From: Octopus sinensis
Taxonomy: Eukaryota
Length of the DNA: 64,000 nt
Reading direction: 5' to 3'
Assembly: GCF_006345805.1 (NCBI RefSeq)
Contig: NC_042999.1
Coordinates: 27,838,001 to 27,902,000 of the forward strand
The notes beneath the pieces were generated by a model that saw only the letters and a list, made by a program, of their open reading frames with translations, did not search any database and was not told the DNA's origin. Shown here in pieces: positions 26,667 through 39,753 of this stretch; the first letter of the stretch is position 1; each line of letters opens with the position of its first letter. The translations under genes were made by a program, and so were the position numbers.

Positions 26667-26867
26667 GCGCAGGGTTGGCTGTGTGATAAGAAACTTACTT
26701 CCCAACACATGGTTCCGGGTTCAGTCCCACTGTATGGCACCTTGGGCAAGTGTTTTCTACAATAGCCTCGGGCCGACCAAAGCTTTGTGAGTGGATTTAG
26801 TAGATGGAAACTGGAAGAAGCCCGTCGTATATATGTATATATATTATAATTATTGTTGTTGCTGTTA

Positions 26868-26898
<31 letters not shown>

Positions 26899-27316
26899 AT
26901 TATTATTATTATTATTATTGTTGTGTTGTTATTGTTGTTGTTGTTATGAAGTGGCTGTGTGGTAAGTAGCTTGCTTACGAAACACATGGTTCCGAGTTCA
27001 GTCCCACTGCGTGGCACCTTGGGCAAGTGTCTTCTACTATAGCCTCGGGCCGACCAAAGCCTTGTGACTGGGTTTAGTAGACGGAAACTGAAAGAAGCCC
27101 GTCGTATATATGTATGTGTGTGTATATGTTTGTGTGTTTGAGTTTGTCCCCCCACTATCACTTGACAACCGATGCTGGTGTGTTTACGTCTCCGTAACAC
27201 AGCGGTTCGGCGCAAGAGCCCGATAGAATAAGTACTAGGCTCATAAAGAATAAGTTCTGGGGTCGATTTGCTCGACTAAAAGACCGCAGTCAAATGACTG
27301 AAACAAGTAAAAGAGT
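26667..27316 (+). mobile_element. Two SINE family B copies (head half 26667-26830; full 26951-27316)
   Basis: Match; separated by an (ATT)n/(GTT)n tract. Confidence 0.85.
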
Positions 27317-27375
27317 ATATATATATGTACATATATATATATATATGTATATATATATAATTATATATATATATG

Positions 27376-27475
<100 letters not shown>

Positions 27476-28084
27476 TTTACAGAATGAGGGAGTAGGTACA
27501 AGAAAGTGAGGAAGATAGGAAAGAGAAGAGGTGCGTGCCACCAGTAAGTCCTCTGAAGTGTACTGGCGCACGAAATAATATTGAACCTACTTTAGCTGTC
27601 CTATACCACTTCATTTACTTACCAACCATCTCGGTCGTGAGTGATTTAGCAGACACCACGACCACGACCACCGCCATCACCACCATCACCACCACTATCA
27701 CCAATCAGGTTCCTACTAAATGTACTACTGTACCTTAATAGATTTTAAGTACATCAAAGGTCAATAATGTTTCTAGCGATGTTAAGATTCAAGTAAACAC
27801 AATAAAGGGGTTTATCCATATCAGATGAAACACAATAATAGGTTGAATTTGTGCGGTAAATAACAAGTATATTTGCTTCTCGTATTCAGTGTTGAGTTCA
27901 AGCAGGCTTTTTTGATAGTGGTGGCGCGGCGGCGGCGGCGGCGGTGATAGTCTACGTCACTAAATCAATTGATAAAACAGCAAAACATACGTGTGTTGTC
28001 AAAATGAGTCCCCAGCCCTTAATAAAATACATTAAAATGATATTTGTTGTGTGAGAGAGAACTAATAATAAAATGCAAGCATAG

Positions 28085-28314
28085 CAAGCGTGGTTGCGTG
28101 GATCAGAGTTCCGGGTTCAGTTCGGCAGCGTGGTGCCTTGGGCAAGTGCTTTTTTTTTACTATAGCCTAAGTACGATCAAGCCTTGTGAGTGGATTTCGT
28201 AGACATAAAATTAACAGAAGCCCTTTGTATGTGTGTGTGTGTGTGTGTGTGTGTATGGGAGTGGTTGACGGAACCGTTAATCCCGACACATTTTTCTCTC
28301 TATCCACTTTTAGT

Positions 28315-28352
<38 letters not shown>

Positions 28353-28685
28353 CATATTTTTCACTATCCGTAGAGGAGCATAGGCTCGAAACGTTAAAAA
28401 ATCAAAGGTAGAACAGAAAGAACACAACAGACGGAAACCAACAAAACACAAAATAGACGATAGCACGACATATATGTGTGTGTGTCCTCCACCACTGCTT
28501 GATAACCGCTGTTGGGTTGTTTATGTCCTCGTAACTTAGCGGTTCGGCATAAGAAACAGATAGAATAAGTACCAGGTTTAAGAAAACGACAGACAATAAG
28601 CACTAGGGTCTATTCATTCGACTAAAAGTCCTTCAAGGCTATGCCCCAGCATGGCCACAGTCTAATGACTGAAACAGATAAAAGA
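28085..28685 (+). mobile_element. Diverged SINE family B interrupted by a Penelope-like fragment at its central (TG)n
   Basis: Head 28085-28215, tail 28480-28685. Confidence 0.65.
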
Positions 28686-28699
28686 TATATAACTATTTA

Positions 28700-28930
28700 C
28701 TAACTATTTTTTTTACTGCCCACAAGGCGCTAAACATAGAGGGGACAAACAAGGACGGACAAACGGATTAAGTCGATTACATCGACCCCAGTGCGTAACC
28801 GGTACTTAATTTGTCGACCCCGAAAGGATGAAAGGCAAAGTCGACCTCGGCGGAATTTGAACTCAGAACGTAACGACAAACGAAATACCGCTAAGCATTT
28901 CGCCCGGCGTGCTAACGTTTCTGCCAGCTC
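28700..28930 (-). mobile_element. SINE family A
   Basis: Full match. Confidence 0.9.
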
Positions 28931-29897
28931 GAAGATATAAGGTAGCTGTTGTTTCCGTTTCAAATCCATTGAGTGGCACTTTGAGTAAATGGCTTCCACT
29001 AATAGCAGTATTTTGATTAATGGCTTTGAGTGGTCAGAGTCTGATGCTTGTTTGTTTGTGGCTACCCGTTTGTGTTTACGTGCGTGTATTCTATCATTAT
29101 AACGTTTTTGATGAGAGCTTTGTGTATGTGTGTGTTTGTGTATGTGTGTGTTTGTATATGTGTGTGTTTGTGTATGTGTAGTTGTTTGTACAAGAGAGTG
29201 GTATGTTTGTTTTTATAAAGTAGTGGTATTTGCGCGTTTTACTCTGCAAATTTTATACACAATAGAATCCCCTAATGAGATGCATGTCGGGTCCCCAGCA
29301 AAGTAATATCGTTAGGTATATATGATACCTGAGATCGAAAGGGAACTCGAGGGAGAAGAAGAGAGTCAAAAGGTAAGTGAAGGAGGAGAGGCATAATATG
29401 GAAAGCAAAGTGAGATGTGAGAAGAAGATTTATAGTGTGTAAAGTGCGAAAGAAAGACAGGTAGACAAACACAGGTATTGACTAAGTTGTTAAAGCAGGC
29501 AGGTCCCAGCCCCCAGCCCGATACCCAAAAGTCAATATGACCTTAGACGGTCATTATAAATGCATATACGGGTGTAGGCGAATATGTGTACATAAGCATA
29601 TACGTACATACACACATACATAGATGCATACACACACACACACACACACACATGTTCACTGTCTGCGACTGCCTGATACCCGGAAGAAGTAACTATATAC
29701 ACATACACGCGCGCACATGTATATATATACACAGGTAATGTGACTCTGACATAAAAAGAGGGTCCGTATAACTGAACCAGTCGGTACAACATAGGATAGT
29801 TGGGAAGAAAATATACGGACACATAAAAACTGAAGCAGAATCATTAAATTACTACTTTGCATTAATGTAGAAACCAATACACCAATATACATACATG

Positions 29898-29930
<33 letters not shown>

Positions 29931-30123
29931 ATATGTATATATATATATAGATGTGTGTATTTTCCCTTGTTTTTCACATTACATGTGTATATACATGTGT
30001 GTATAGTGACTTCTTCCGGGTAACAGGTAATCGCAGACAGTGAACATGTGTGTATGTGTGTGTGTATGTATGTATGTATGTGCGTATGTACGTATTTGAA
30101 TTACACCTGCGTTAAACTCCATT

Positions 30124-30157
<34 letters not shown>

Positions 30158-30783
30158 ATATATATATAATATATAATATATATATATATAATATATATAT
30201 ATATAATTCAGGGTGAATACTTGATAATTGATAATACTTGATAATTGTAAGCACCTGTATATGCCGTTTAGTGGTGTAGGTGATAGAGTATATTTATCAA
30301 AATAAAAACATGATGCAAGGGATTTAGCGGTACATGTGTTTCTGGCTTTTATTAGACGGTTTATATCAATGCATAATTTCTTCAGCCTCGTACAATTACT
30401 ACTCCAAGGACATGTATTACATTAGTTTGGGAAAAAGACGAATTACGTTGGGGATGCAAATCCTCATAGTCGTGTACAACATAGCGAGGCACCAAAACAA
30501 AATCGAAGCGTCCACCCCGTATATATTCTCTCACACACACACACACACACGCACAAATTATTTAAAACATTCTGATTCGGTTCTTGTAACTCCTACTAAG
30601 TGTGTTGAGCGCCTTTTCCGTTCGTTTCTCCACTCACATGCGCACACGCTTCAAATGTACAGTAGACAAAAGACAAAGACAGTCGAGGAAACATCAAGCA
30701 AGTGTATTAGCTTGATGCTCCGGAAGAATGGAAGAGTTTTTAACGTTTCGAGCCTATGCTCCTCTACGGATAGTGAAAAATAT

Positions 30784-30843
<60 letters not shown>

Positions 30844-32212
30844 AAGAGAAAGAACTAAAAGTGGATAGAGAGAAAAATGTGTCGGGATTAACGGTTCCGT
30901 CAACCACTCCCAAAACATTCTCTTCCAAGAAAATAATTTCAACTCCCGAATTTTTTCAACTTACATGCATATAAAAAGTCTGAATTTTTTGTGAAAAAAA
31001 TTATTGTTGGTGAATCCCTTAAAGGGATAAAAGCCCTAAATAAATAGTTTTAATCCCAATCTTAACTGTCTCGTTTTCCTTAATATATAAAATCTGTACA
31101 CCACTTCAAATAATCTATGCATGCATACATTCATGTTTGTTAGTGTGGTGTGGTGTCGTGGTGGTGGTGTGTGTATAGGGGTATGTTTGTATGTGTATGT
31201 GTTGAGCGAGAGAAAGGCAAAGAGAGAGAGAGAGAGTTGAGGAAAATGAAAGAGGTGAAGAATCTTCAATTAGAGAAACTGTGCTTTCATTTTTGTATAT
31301 TTACTAGACAGTATTTTCTATAACTTGTTTGTGTAATGAAATTGAAGTATAATTCTTTAAATATTATATCCTTACCCAATGAACGAAACTGTTATTTTTT
31401 AAAAATTTTATCATTTCTTTTTCTACCAAGGCGGCTCTCGTCTCTGTAACTCAGAGTTAAAGGTGTAGTCACAAACAACCTGTCTTTTCTATAATTTTTC
31501 CAACATACTTTTACCGCAAATCCTCGAGTATAATCCGCATTTTTCCCCCAAAAATCTAAATGTCAAAATCTCTAGTGCGTATTATATACGAGGTTAAAAA
31601 TGAAAATGAAAATGAAAGTTTCACAATCCAGTTTGTTGAACAGTTTCGACGGTTTATTAATCAAAGCCGTCCGATGAACAAGAACGTGAAACGCTGAGTA
31701 ACTGTTCTGTGAATATTTTGCAGATTTTATCAGTTTATAGTTCAGCTATTTTCGGAGAAGCGTCAATAAAAATAGGCAGACGTACAAGCGCATGCATACA
31801 CACACATTTATGTATGTGTGTGCGTGCACATTTGTGTATGCACGAAGGATAATTACGTAAGGTGCTGCGTAGCAGGACAGAACCAGTGGTTAAGAAACAA
31901 ACTTCTTAAACATAGAGCCAAGCTTTTGCCTATTCATAACGGGAACATGTCAGAGAGCTGTATACCATGTATTGATTCCAAAGTTAGTCTTCTTTATAAT
32001 CTTCAACACGTGCACGCAAGCATACTTACACACATGTTTACAGGCACGTGTGCATGTAACTGTATTTGGGTGTGAGTACATATTAGGTCATAGCGTGTAA
32101 TAATAGGGAGGGATTGTGTACGTGTCAACAGGTATAATTACCTGTGAAACAAATAGCCGAATACCTGGCGAAATTTCTACCCTCCATCGTAATGTGGTCA
32201 AGACACTTTCTT

Positions 32213-32431
32213 TTATTCTTTTACTTGTTTCAGTCATCTAACTGCGGCCATACTGGAGCACCACCTTAGCGGGTGTTACTCGTTGAAATCGATCCCAAGA
32301 CTTATTTTTGTAAGCCTAGAATTATTCCATCGGTTCTTTTGCCGAACCTCTAAGTTACGGGAACATAAACACACCAGCAACAATTGTTAAGTGATGACCG
32401 GTGGACAAACACAGATACACACGCAAATACA

Positions 32432-32477
<46 letters not shown>

Positions 32478-32641
32478 CGACGGACTTCTTCCAGTTGCCC
32501 TCTGCCAAATCCACTCACAAGGCTTTGGTAGGCCCGAAGCTATAGTAGAAGTCACTTACCCAAGGTGCTCTGCAGTGGGACTGAACCCAGAGTCTCATGG
32601 TTGGGAAGCAAGCTTCTTGCCACACAGCCACCCCTGCGCCT
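32213..32641 (-). mobile_element. SINE family B
   Basis: Match. Confidence 0.85.
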
Positions 32642-33009
32642 ATTGTTTATTATTCTTCGTGGATGTATCGAAAATTGGCAAGAATTGGACAGAAACAACC
32701 TTTCTATTTATACAGTTTCAGACACATTCGCTCACACAAATACATCATCATTTCAATCCATTTTAGTTGTTTTGATTTACGCTCTCTAGTGCACACAGAC
32801 GCGCGCCAGCTACATATTCACTGTAGTGGCTGCCCCCTCGTTATCGAGTATGGCCATTGCACGAAGCTTAATCAATGTTGTTATCGTGCAATGCCTATGC
32901 AAGAAGATCTTTTTTAAAGTGAGGAAAGGCTGTGCACTGAGTCAATCCCACTCACTAAGCAACAGCAGCCATAATCAGAAAAGAAGAATAAGTCAACATC
33001 ATCGGTAAC

Positions 33010-33375
33010 CACTGAGCCGCAGGTTTTATGTCGGAGTTATTCCAGTTACCCGAGTTACCTTCTCCTAGAAGGATGCCCTAACAAGGGCTAGGAGTCCTTC
33101 ACTCCCAATGGTTTAACCGCGCGATCGGGTATTCAGTCCGATTATTTCTATGCCCCCGCGCATGATACAGCCTTAAGACATTTATTGGATGGCCGTTGAC
33201 TCTCAAGTGTTCCTCCGCCCTTTGACGGGTTTTGTTTTTCATCCCGCAGGGTGTCCAATAAACACCCTCCTCACCAAGCAAGCTTGGTGGGGTTGCCGGT
33301 TTAGTCGCCGACGGCCCTACCATGCAACAGGTTGTACTGGGTTACATGTTACCAGTAGCACTGGAAAGTGACCTA
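33010..33375 (-). mobile_element. 5' leader fragment of an RTE-type LINE
   Basis: Contains CCTTCTAGGAGAAGGTAACT and CTAAACCGGCAACCCC...GGGATGAAAAAC, which resemble RTE 5' regions from memory; a diverged inverted copy is adjacent at 33392-33535. Confidence 0.45.
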
Positions 33376-33569
33376 CACTCTATTAAAATATCAGGTCACT
33401 TCCTGAGCACTACTGGCAATATGTAACTCAGTACAATCTATCGCATGTTCGGTCGTTGGTGCTAAACCGGCAACCCCTTCAAGCGCGCTTCGCGAGGAAG
33501 GTGATTAGGGCACCTTCCGGGATGAAAAGCAAAGTCCACCAAAGTGTAGAAGAATTTGTAAGAGCCAAC

Positions 33570-33899
33570 GGTGGTGGTGGTGATATTAGTAGTAGTAGTG
33601 GTGGTGGTGGTAGTGCTGATGGTGGTAGTAGTAGTAGTTGTGTTGGTGATGGTAATAGTAGCGTTAGTGGTGGCGGTGATAGTGGTAGTTGTGTTGGTTG
33701 TGGTAATGGTAGTGGTGGCGATGATAGTAGTGGTGCTGGTGGTAGTGATGGTGATAGTAGTATTAGTAGTGGTGCTGGTGCTGGTGAAGATAGTAGTAGC
33801 TGTGGTGGTGGTAGTGTTAGTAGTAGTGGTGGTGGATGTGATAGTAGTTGATGTGGTGGTGGTAGTAGTAGTAGTAGTAATAGCAGTTGTAATAGCAGT

Positions 33900-33987
<88 letters not shown>

Positions 33988-33990
33988 AAA
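33570..33990. repeat. Compound trinucleotide tract (GGT/AGT/AGC)
   Basis: Direct. Confidence 0.95.
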
Positions 33991-34199
33991 TAACAACTGC
34001 TGATAGTTTGTTGCTATTTAAACAGATGAGATACATTTTTATACCGTACCTCGTGTCTCAATGGCTAGAAACTATTAACAGCTCTAATTTAGTGTTCATT
34101 AAATGGTATAAGAAATTCATTAAATGGTATTTATCCTCTCACTGGATGGAGTAATTTTCTTTTTGTTGATCTTACCTTAACGGCACAATAAACAATACA

Positions 34200-34620
34200 C
34201 ATCTATTTCTTTACTACCCACAAGGGGCCAAACACGGAGGGGACAAACAAGGACAGACAAAGGGATCAAGTCGATTACGTCGACCCCAGTGCGAAACTGG
34301 TACTTAATTTATCGACCCCGAAAGGATGAAAGGCAAAAAGTCGACCTCGGCGGAATTTGAACTCAGAACGTAACGACAGACGAAATACCTATTTCTTTAC
34401 TACCCACAAGGAGCTAAACACAGAGGGGACAAACAAAGACAGACAAACGGATTAAGTCGATTATGTCGACCCCAGTGCGTAACTGGTACTTAAATTTATC
34501 GACCCCGAAAGGATGAAAGGCAAAGTCGACCTCGGCGGAATTTGAACTCAGAAAATAGCGGCAGACGAAATACCGCTAAGCATTTCGCCCGGCGCGCTAA
34601 CGTTTCTGCCAGCTCGCCAC
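34200..34620 (-). mobile_element. SINE family A, dimeric (186-bp period)
   Basis: Headed unit plus a headless unit, same junction. Confidence 0.9.
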
Positions 34621-34645
34621 TCATACACATACACGCGAATACATA

Positions 34646-35031
34646 CTCTCTTTTATCTCTTTTACTTTTTTCAGTCATTTGACTGCGGCCATGCTGGAGC
34701 ACCGCCTTTAATCGAGCAACTCGACCCCGGGATTATTCTTTGTAAGCCCAGTTTATTCTATCGGTCTCTTTTGCCGAACCGCTAAGTAACGGGACATGAA
34801 CACACCAGCATCGGTTGTCAAGCATGCTAGGGGGACAACACAACACACACACACGCATATATATATACATATATACGACGGCTTCTTTCTTCAGTTTCGT
34901 CTACCAAATCCACTCACAAGGCTTTGGTCGGCCCGAGGCTATAGTAGAAGACACTTACCCAAGGTGCCACGCAGTGGGACTGAACCCGGTACCATGTGGT
35001 TGGTAAACAAGCTACTAACCACACAGCCACT
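34646..35031 (-). mobile_element. SINE family B
   Basis: Match. Confidence 0.9.
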
Positions 35032-35117
35032 CGAGTTTTCTGTGCAATTCCGTGTTTCAAGTGCTATTCACCTGTTTATTTAATCGATACGCGACTGTGA
35101 TAAAAAAAAAAAAAAGC

Positions 35118-35202
35118 ACTCACCCAAAATACGGCGCAATTAAATTGAAAACCGGAACTGTGTGGCCAATGACGTTTCTAGGAAGTCCATTTCCTTATAT
35201 GG
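35118..35202 (-). promoter_or_regulatory. Candidate promoter cluster (CArG, ETS x2, CCAAT/CRE half-site) with a downstream GTGAGT donor
   Basis: CCTTATATGG 35193-35202, AGGAAGT 35180-35186, CCAATGACGT 35166-35175, ACCGGAA 35151-35157, donor at 35123-35118. Confidence 0.3.
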
Positions 35203-35399
35203 TTGTGTTTATGTTTATAGGTTTCTTGCCCCTGGCTACTAACACCTTGTTTCAGTTCAAATAAATAGGCTTCCTTTCTCATTCATTGAATACATAAGTC
35301 AGTCGGTTTATGTTAAAAGATAAATTTAGAACAGCAACAAAATTATATTTCATTATTGCTGTTGTTGTTGTTGTTGTAAAGTAATATATATTTAGAGAC

Positions 35400-35935
35400 G
35401 GAAGGAAGAAGAAGAAGAAGAAGAAGAAGAAGAAGAAGAAGAAGAAGAAGAAGAAGAAGAAATGGAAAGAAAGGATTAGAAGCTTTAGTTTCATTGAAAA
35501 AAATATATTTAACAGCAGGAGGAGGAGGAGGAAGAAGAAGAAGATGAGGAGGTGGAACAGATTAGAAAGAAAGAGGAAGAAAAGAAGACATTGATGATGA
35601 TGATGATGATGGGGATGATGATGATGATGATGATGATGATGAAGATGATGATGATGGTGAGGGAAGGAAGGGGACGACGGAGGGAAGAAGCAACAGTAGC
35701 AGCAAACAAAACAGCAGCAGCAGCAGCAGCAGAAGAAGAAGAAGAAGAAGAAGAAGAAGAAGAAGAAGGAGAAGAAGAAGAAGAAGAGAAGAAGAGAAGA
35801 GAAAAGGGAAAGAAGAAGGAGAAAGGAAAAAGAAAAAAGAAGAAAAAGAAGAAGAAGAAAAAGAAGAAAAAGGAGAAGAAGGAGAAGAAGAAGAAGGAGA
35901 AGAGGAAGGAGAAGAAGAAGAAGAAGACAAAAACA
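35400..35935. repeat. Compound purine-rich trinucleotide tract (GAA/GAT/GCA/GGA)
   Basis: Direct. Confidence 0.95.
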
Positions 35936-36039
35936 AAAAGAATACGAAATGGATCAAAATGTTAACTTTTCTATACACACATATACACACATACATATAT
36001 ACACATGTATACATACGTATATTGATATACATTATTTAC

Positions 36040-36277
36040 ACTATTTACAATTGACGGATATTTGCCCTCATCTTGTTTGTTGTTAACACAACGTTTCGGC
36101 TGTTATACCCTCCAGCCTTCATCGAGTTTCTTGGGGAAATTTCGAACCTGGGTTCTCATTCCTAAGGTATTTTTCGATGTTGTTGTTATTGTTATTATCA
36201 TTCAGGTCCCTGTCTGGTATCGAACTAGGAATCTTGAATAATAGTAATAATAATAATAATAACAACAAACAACAACA

Positions 36278-36318
<41 letters not shown>

Positions 36319-36470
36319 AACAACATCGAAAAATACCTTAGGAATGAGAACCCAGGTTCGAAATTTCCCCAAGACACTCGACGAAGGCTAGAGGGTGTAT
36401 CAGCCGAAACGTTGTGTTAACAACAGACAAGATGTATATAATGTACATAATTCCTCATCTCTTAAATATA
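36040..36470. mobile_element. Inverted pair of Penelope-like terminal repeats, each with a minimal hammerhead-like motif
   Basis: Arms 36069-36186 and 36318-36434; each has TCGA(T/C)GA-A-stem II-GAAAC-GTT. Confidence 0.6.
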
Positions 36471-36829
36471 GAACTGTATTCATATGCATACTTTACACGG
36501 ACACTCAGGTTTCTTCGAACCAAAATAGGGTTTATAGTATTTAGTTGTTATCTATTCAGTACTGAGGTCGATCTGACCTCACACTTAAACCCCCACTGAG
36601 CCAGTATACGGTCACTGTTCTAACAGCGCGAGAGCGGAAACAGGGTGTGACTCACTAAACCAATACCCATCAGCGTATGGGGAAACCAGACGGCGAGACA
36701 GACTGTTTGGTCACTCCACCAGTTAGAATTACGAGCCAAATTTCCCTTAAATCACATTATCTCGAACATATCAAGGTTGAATTGATTAATGTAGTACTAG
36801 GTATACTATTTACTATTTTACTATTTTAG

Positions 36830-37250
36830 TATTTTACTTGTTTCAGTCATTTGACTGTGGCCATGCTGGAGCACCGCCTTTAGTCGAGCAAATCGACCCC
36901 AGGACTTATTCTTTGTAAGCCTAGTACTTATTCTATCGGTCGCTTTTGCCGAACCGCTAAGTTACGGTGACGTAAACACTCTCCAGCATCGGTTGTCAAG
37001 CGATGTTGGCGGGGGGGGGGGACAAACACAGACACACAAACATATACACTCACACACACACATATATATATATATGTATATACATATATACGACGGGCTT
37101 CTTTCAGTTTTCATCTACCAAATCCACTCACAAGGCTTTGGTCGACCCGAGGCTATAATAGAAGACACTTGCCCAAGGTGCCACGCAGTGGGGCTGAACC
37201 CGGAACCATGTGTGATTCGTAAACAAGCTACTTACCACACAGCCACTCCT
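36830..37250 (-). mobile_element. SINE family B
   Basis: Match. Confidence 0.9.
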
Positions 37251-38082
37251 TCGCCTAGAAAAATAAGATGGGATGGCCACGATTGGAGTATGTTGTATCT
37301 TGCTCAAAGGCGGGGACCTTACCAAAGACAAGCGAGTTAAATGGAATTAGGTAAAACTATATGCAACGCTGAAATTTTATAAAGTAAGTGGACGAGTTCT
37401 CCCTGTAAGAACATAGTCTTGCTATACTTTATAATTGCACATGCGTTAAATAATCGATGTCACATTCGTTGAAAACATGCGAAATAACCCGGAACCCCCA
37501 CCCAACGAAACAAAAGTCCGTTGCTAAGAAACTCAGTTTCCCGGTAACCCAATGGGTTACAAGTAGTCTAGTATATATACATAATATGCATAAACACACA
37601 TTCATAACTGGTGTCGATTTCTTCGCTCCTTCAAGGCGGTGCTCCAGCATGGCCACAGTCCAATGACTGCGCGCGTGTATTTATGTACGTATGTTTATAT
37701 GCATGTATGTGCCAGCGCTTAGCGTCAGTGGAGAAGGTCATCGGGGAATAAAGCTTTCGCTTACGATTCTAGACACACATACCAACCATTGCAACATAAA
37801 TTTTCAGTAAGCCATATATCTTAAATGAATCAGTGATGCAGTTAATTAAATGAAATCTATGTAAGGTCGACAATATTTTATTATTAAGTAGGAATGATGA
37901 ATGAATTAGTTGAGAAGAGAATAAAAGCAATGCAACATTCTTACTACAATTTCAGTCCATTCGCCTTCAAATTCTTCATGGCGCAGTTGTCTTAAAAGAG
38001 GATTAAAATTCTGGACAAACTAATAAACGAATTCTTCGGTATAATACGATATACCATAATGTAATAGTACAGAAACTGGTAT

Positions 38083-38477
38083 ACTCTTTTACTTGTTTCA
38101 GTCATTTGACTGCGGCCGTGCTGGAGCACCGCCTTTAATCGAGCCACTCGACCCCGGGATTTATTCTTTGTAAGCCCAGTACTTATTCTATCGGTCTCTT
38201 TTGCCGAACCGCTAAGTGACGGGGACATAAACACACCAGCATCGGTTGTCAAGCAATGCTAGGGAGACAAACACAGACACACAAACATACACGCACACAC
38301 ACATATATATACATATATACGACGGGCTTCTTTCAGTTTCCGTCTACCAACCCACTCACAAGGCTTTGGTTGGCCCGAGGCTATAGTAGAAGACACTTAC
38401 CCAAGGTGCCACGCAGTGGGACTGAACCCGGAACAATGTAGTTGGTAAGCAAGCTACTTACCACACAGTCACTCCTG
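38083..38477 (-). mobile_element. SINE family B
   Basis: Match. Confidence 0.9.
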
Positions 38478-38519
38478 TTGACTGTATGGTCATAGAGGAA
38501 ATATACTTTCTGTAAAGAC

Positions 38520-38710
38520 ACGACTGAAATTTCGAGGGAGGAGTCTAGTCGATTTTATCAGTCCCAGCGCCCGACTGGTACTTAATTTTTCGACCACGGA
38601 AGGGATGAAAGCAAAATCGACATCGGCCGGATTTGAACTCAGAACGTACAGACGGACGAAATGCCACCAAGCAATTTTCCCCGACGTGCTAATGATTCCG
38701 CCAGCTCTCC
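38520..38710 (-). mobile_element. SINE family A, diverged
   Basis: Body similarity (ATTTGAACTCAGAACGTA). Confidence 0.7.
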
Positions 38711-38719
38711 GTTTAACTC

Positions 38720-39165
38720 TTTACTCTTTTACTCTTTTACTTGTTTCAGTCATTTGACCGCGGCCATGCTGGAGCACCGCCTTTAGTCGAGCAAATCGAC
38801 CACAGGACTTATTCTTTGGAAACCTAGTACTTATTCTATCGATCTCTTTTGCCGACCCGCTAAGTTCCGGGGACGTAAACACACCACCATTGGTTGTCAA
38901 GCGATGTTGGGGGGGTGGGGTGGACAAACACAGACACACAAGTATGTACACACACACCACACACACACACACACGCACATATATACATATATACGTATAT
39001 ACAACGGGTTTCTTTCAGTTTCTGTCTACCAAATCCACTCACAACGCTTTGGTCGGCCCGAGGCTATAATAGAAGACACTTGCCCAAGGTACCACGCAGT
39101 GGGAATGAACCCGGTACCATGTGGTTGGTAAGCAAGCTACTTACCACACAGCCATTCCTGCGCCT
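38720..39165 (-). mobile_element. SINE family B
   Basis: Match. Confidence 0.9.
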
Positions 39166-39753
39166 ATGGTTCACAAGAAATATAATTCGTAAAAACGGAT
39201 CTGTGTCACATGTAGACTTTCGGCTTACGAGATGTGTGTCACAGTTCTGTTCAATCAGAACTAAGCCGGGAGCAATACAGCTGCAGCAATAGCAGCAGCG
39301 GAAACCTTCTTCTGATACGATTTAAGCATTGAATCTTTATACCATAATTTGATTATTGCACCTGAAGGTATATTAGTGGAGATTATGGTTAGAAGAGAAG
39401 ACACTGAACATTTCATCTAAATCATACCTTGAAATAAAACAGTAACGCGTGAGTGTGTCTGTCTGCCTGTTTCTGGCTATTACCTTCTCTCTTTCTCTCT
39501 CCATCTCTCTCTCCCTCTCTCTCTTGCTTCCCCCTCTATCTCTTGACATTTCTTCTGTTGACTGTCATATCACTTTTATATGTAAGGACAAAAGACAAAA
39601 AAAAAAAAAAAAAACGATAAACGTTGACCTTTTTAAGCCTAGCCAGGCTCATGGGCCTGGGTTCCCGGTTTCTGTGGCGTATGTGTGAACCTATGTGTTA
39701 CCCAGCGGGATAGAACCCGAAACCTGGTGATTACGATGTTAACTGTGTATTCA

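Noticed and set aside
33456-34036. Gly/Ser-, Val- and Leu-rich ORFs of 131-185 aa
   Set aside because: Open frames arise from compound trinucleotide repeats; no splice or homology support.
35509-36032. Lys/Glu/Met-rich ORFs
   Set aside because: Simple-repeat artefacts.
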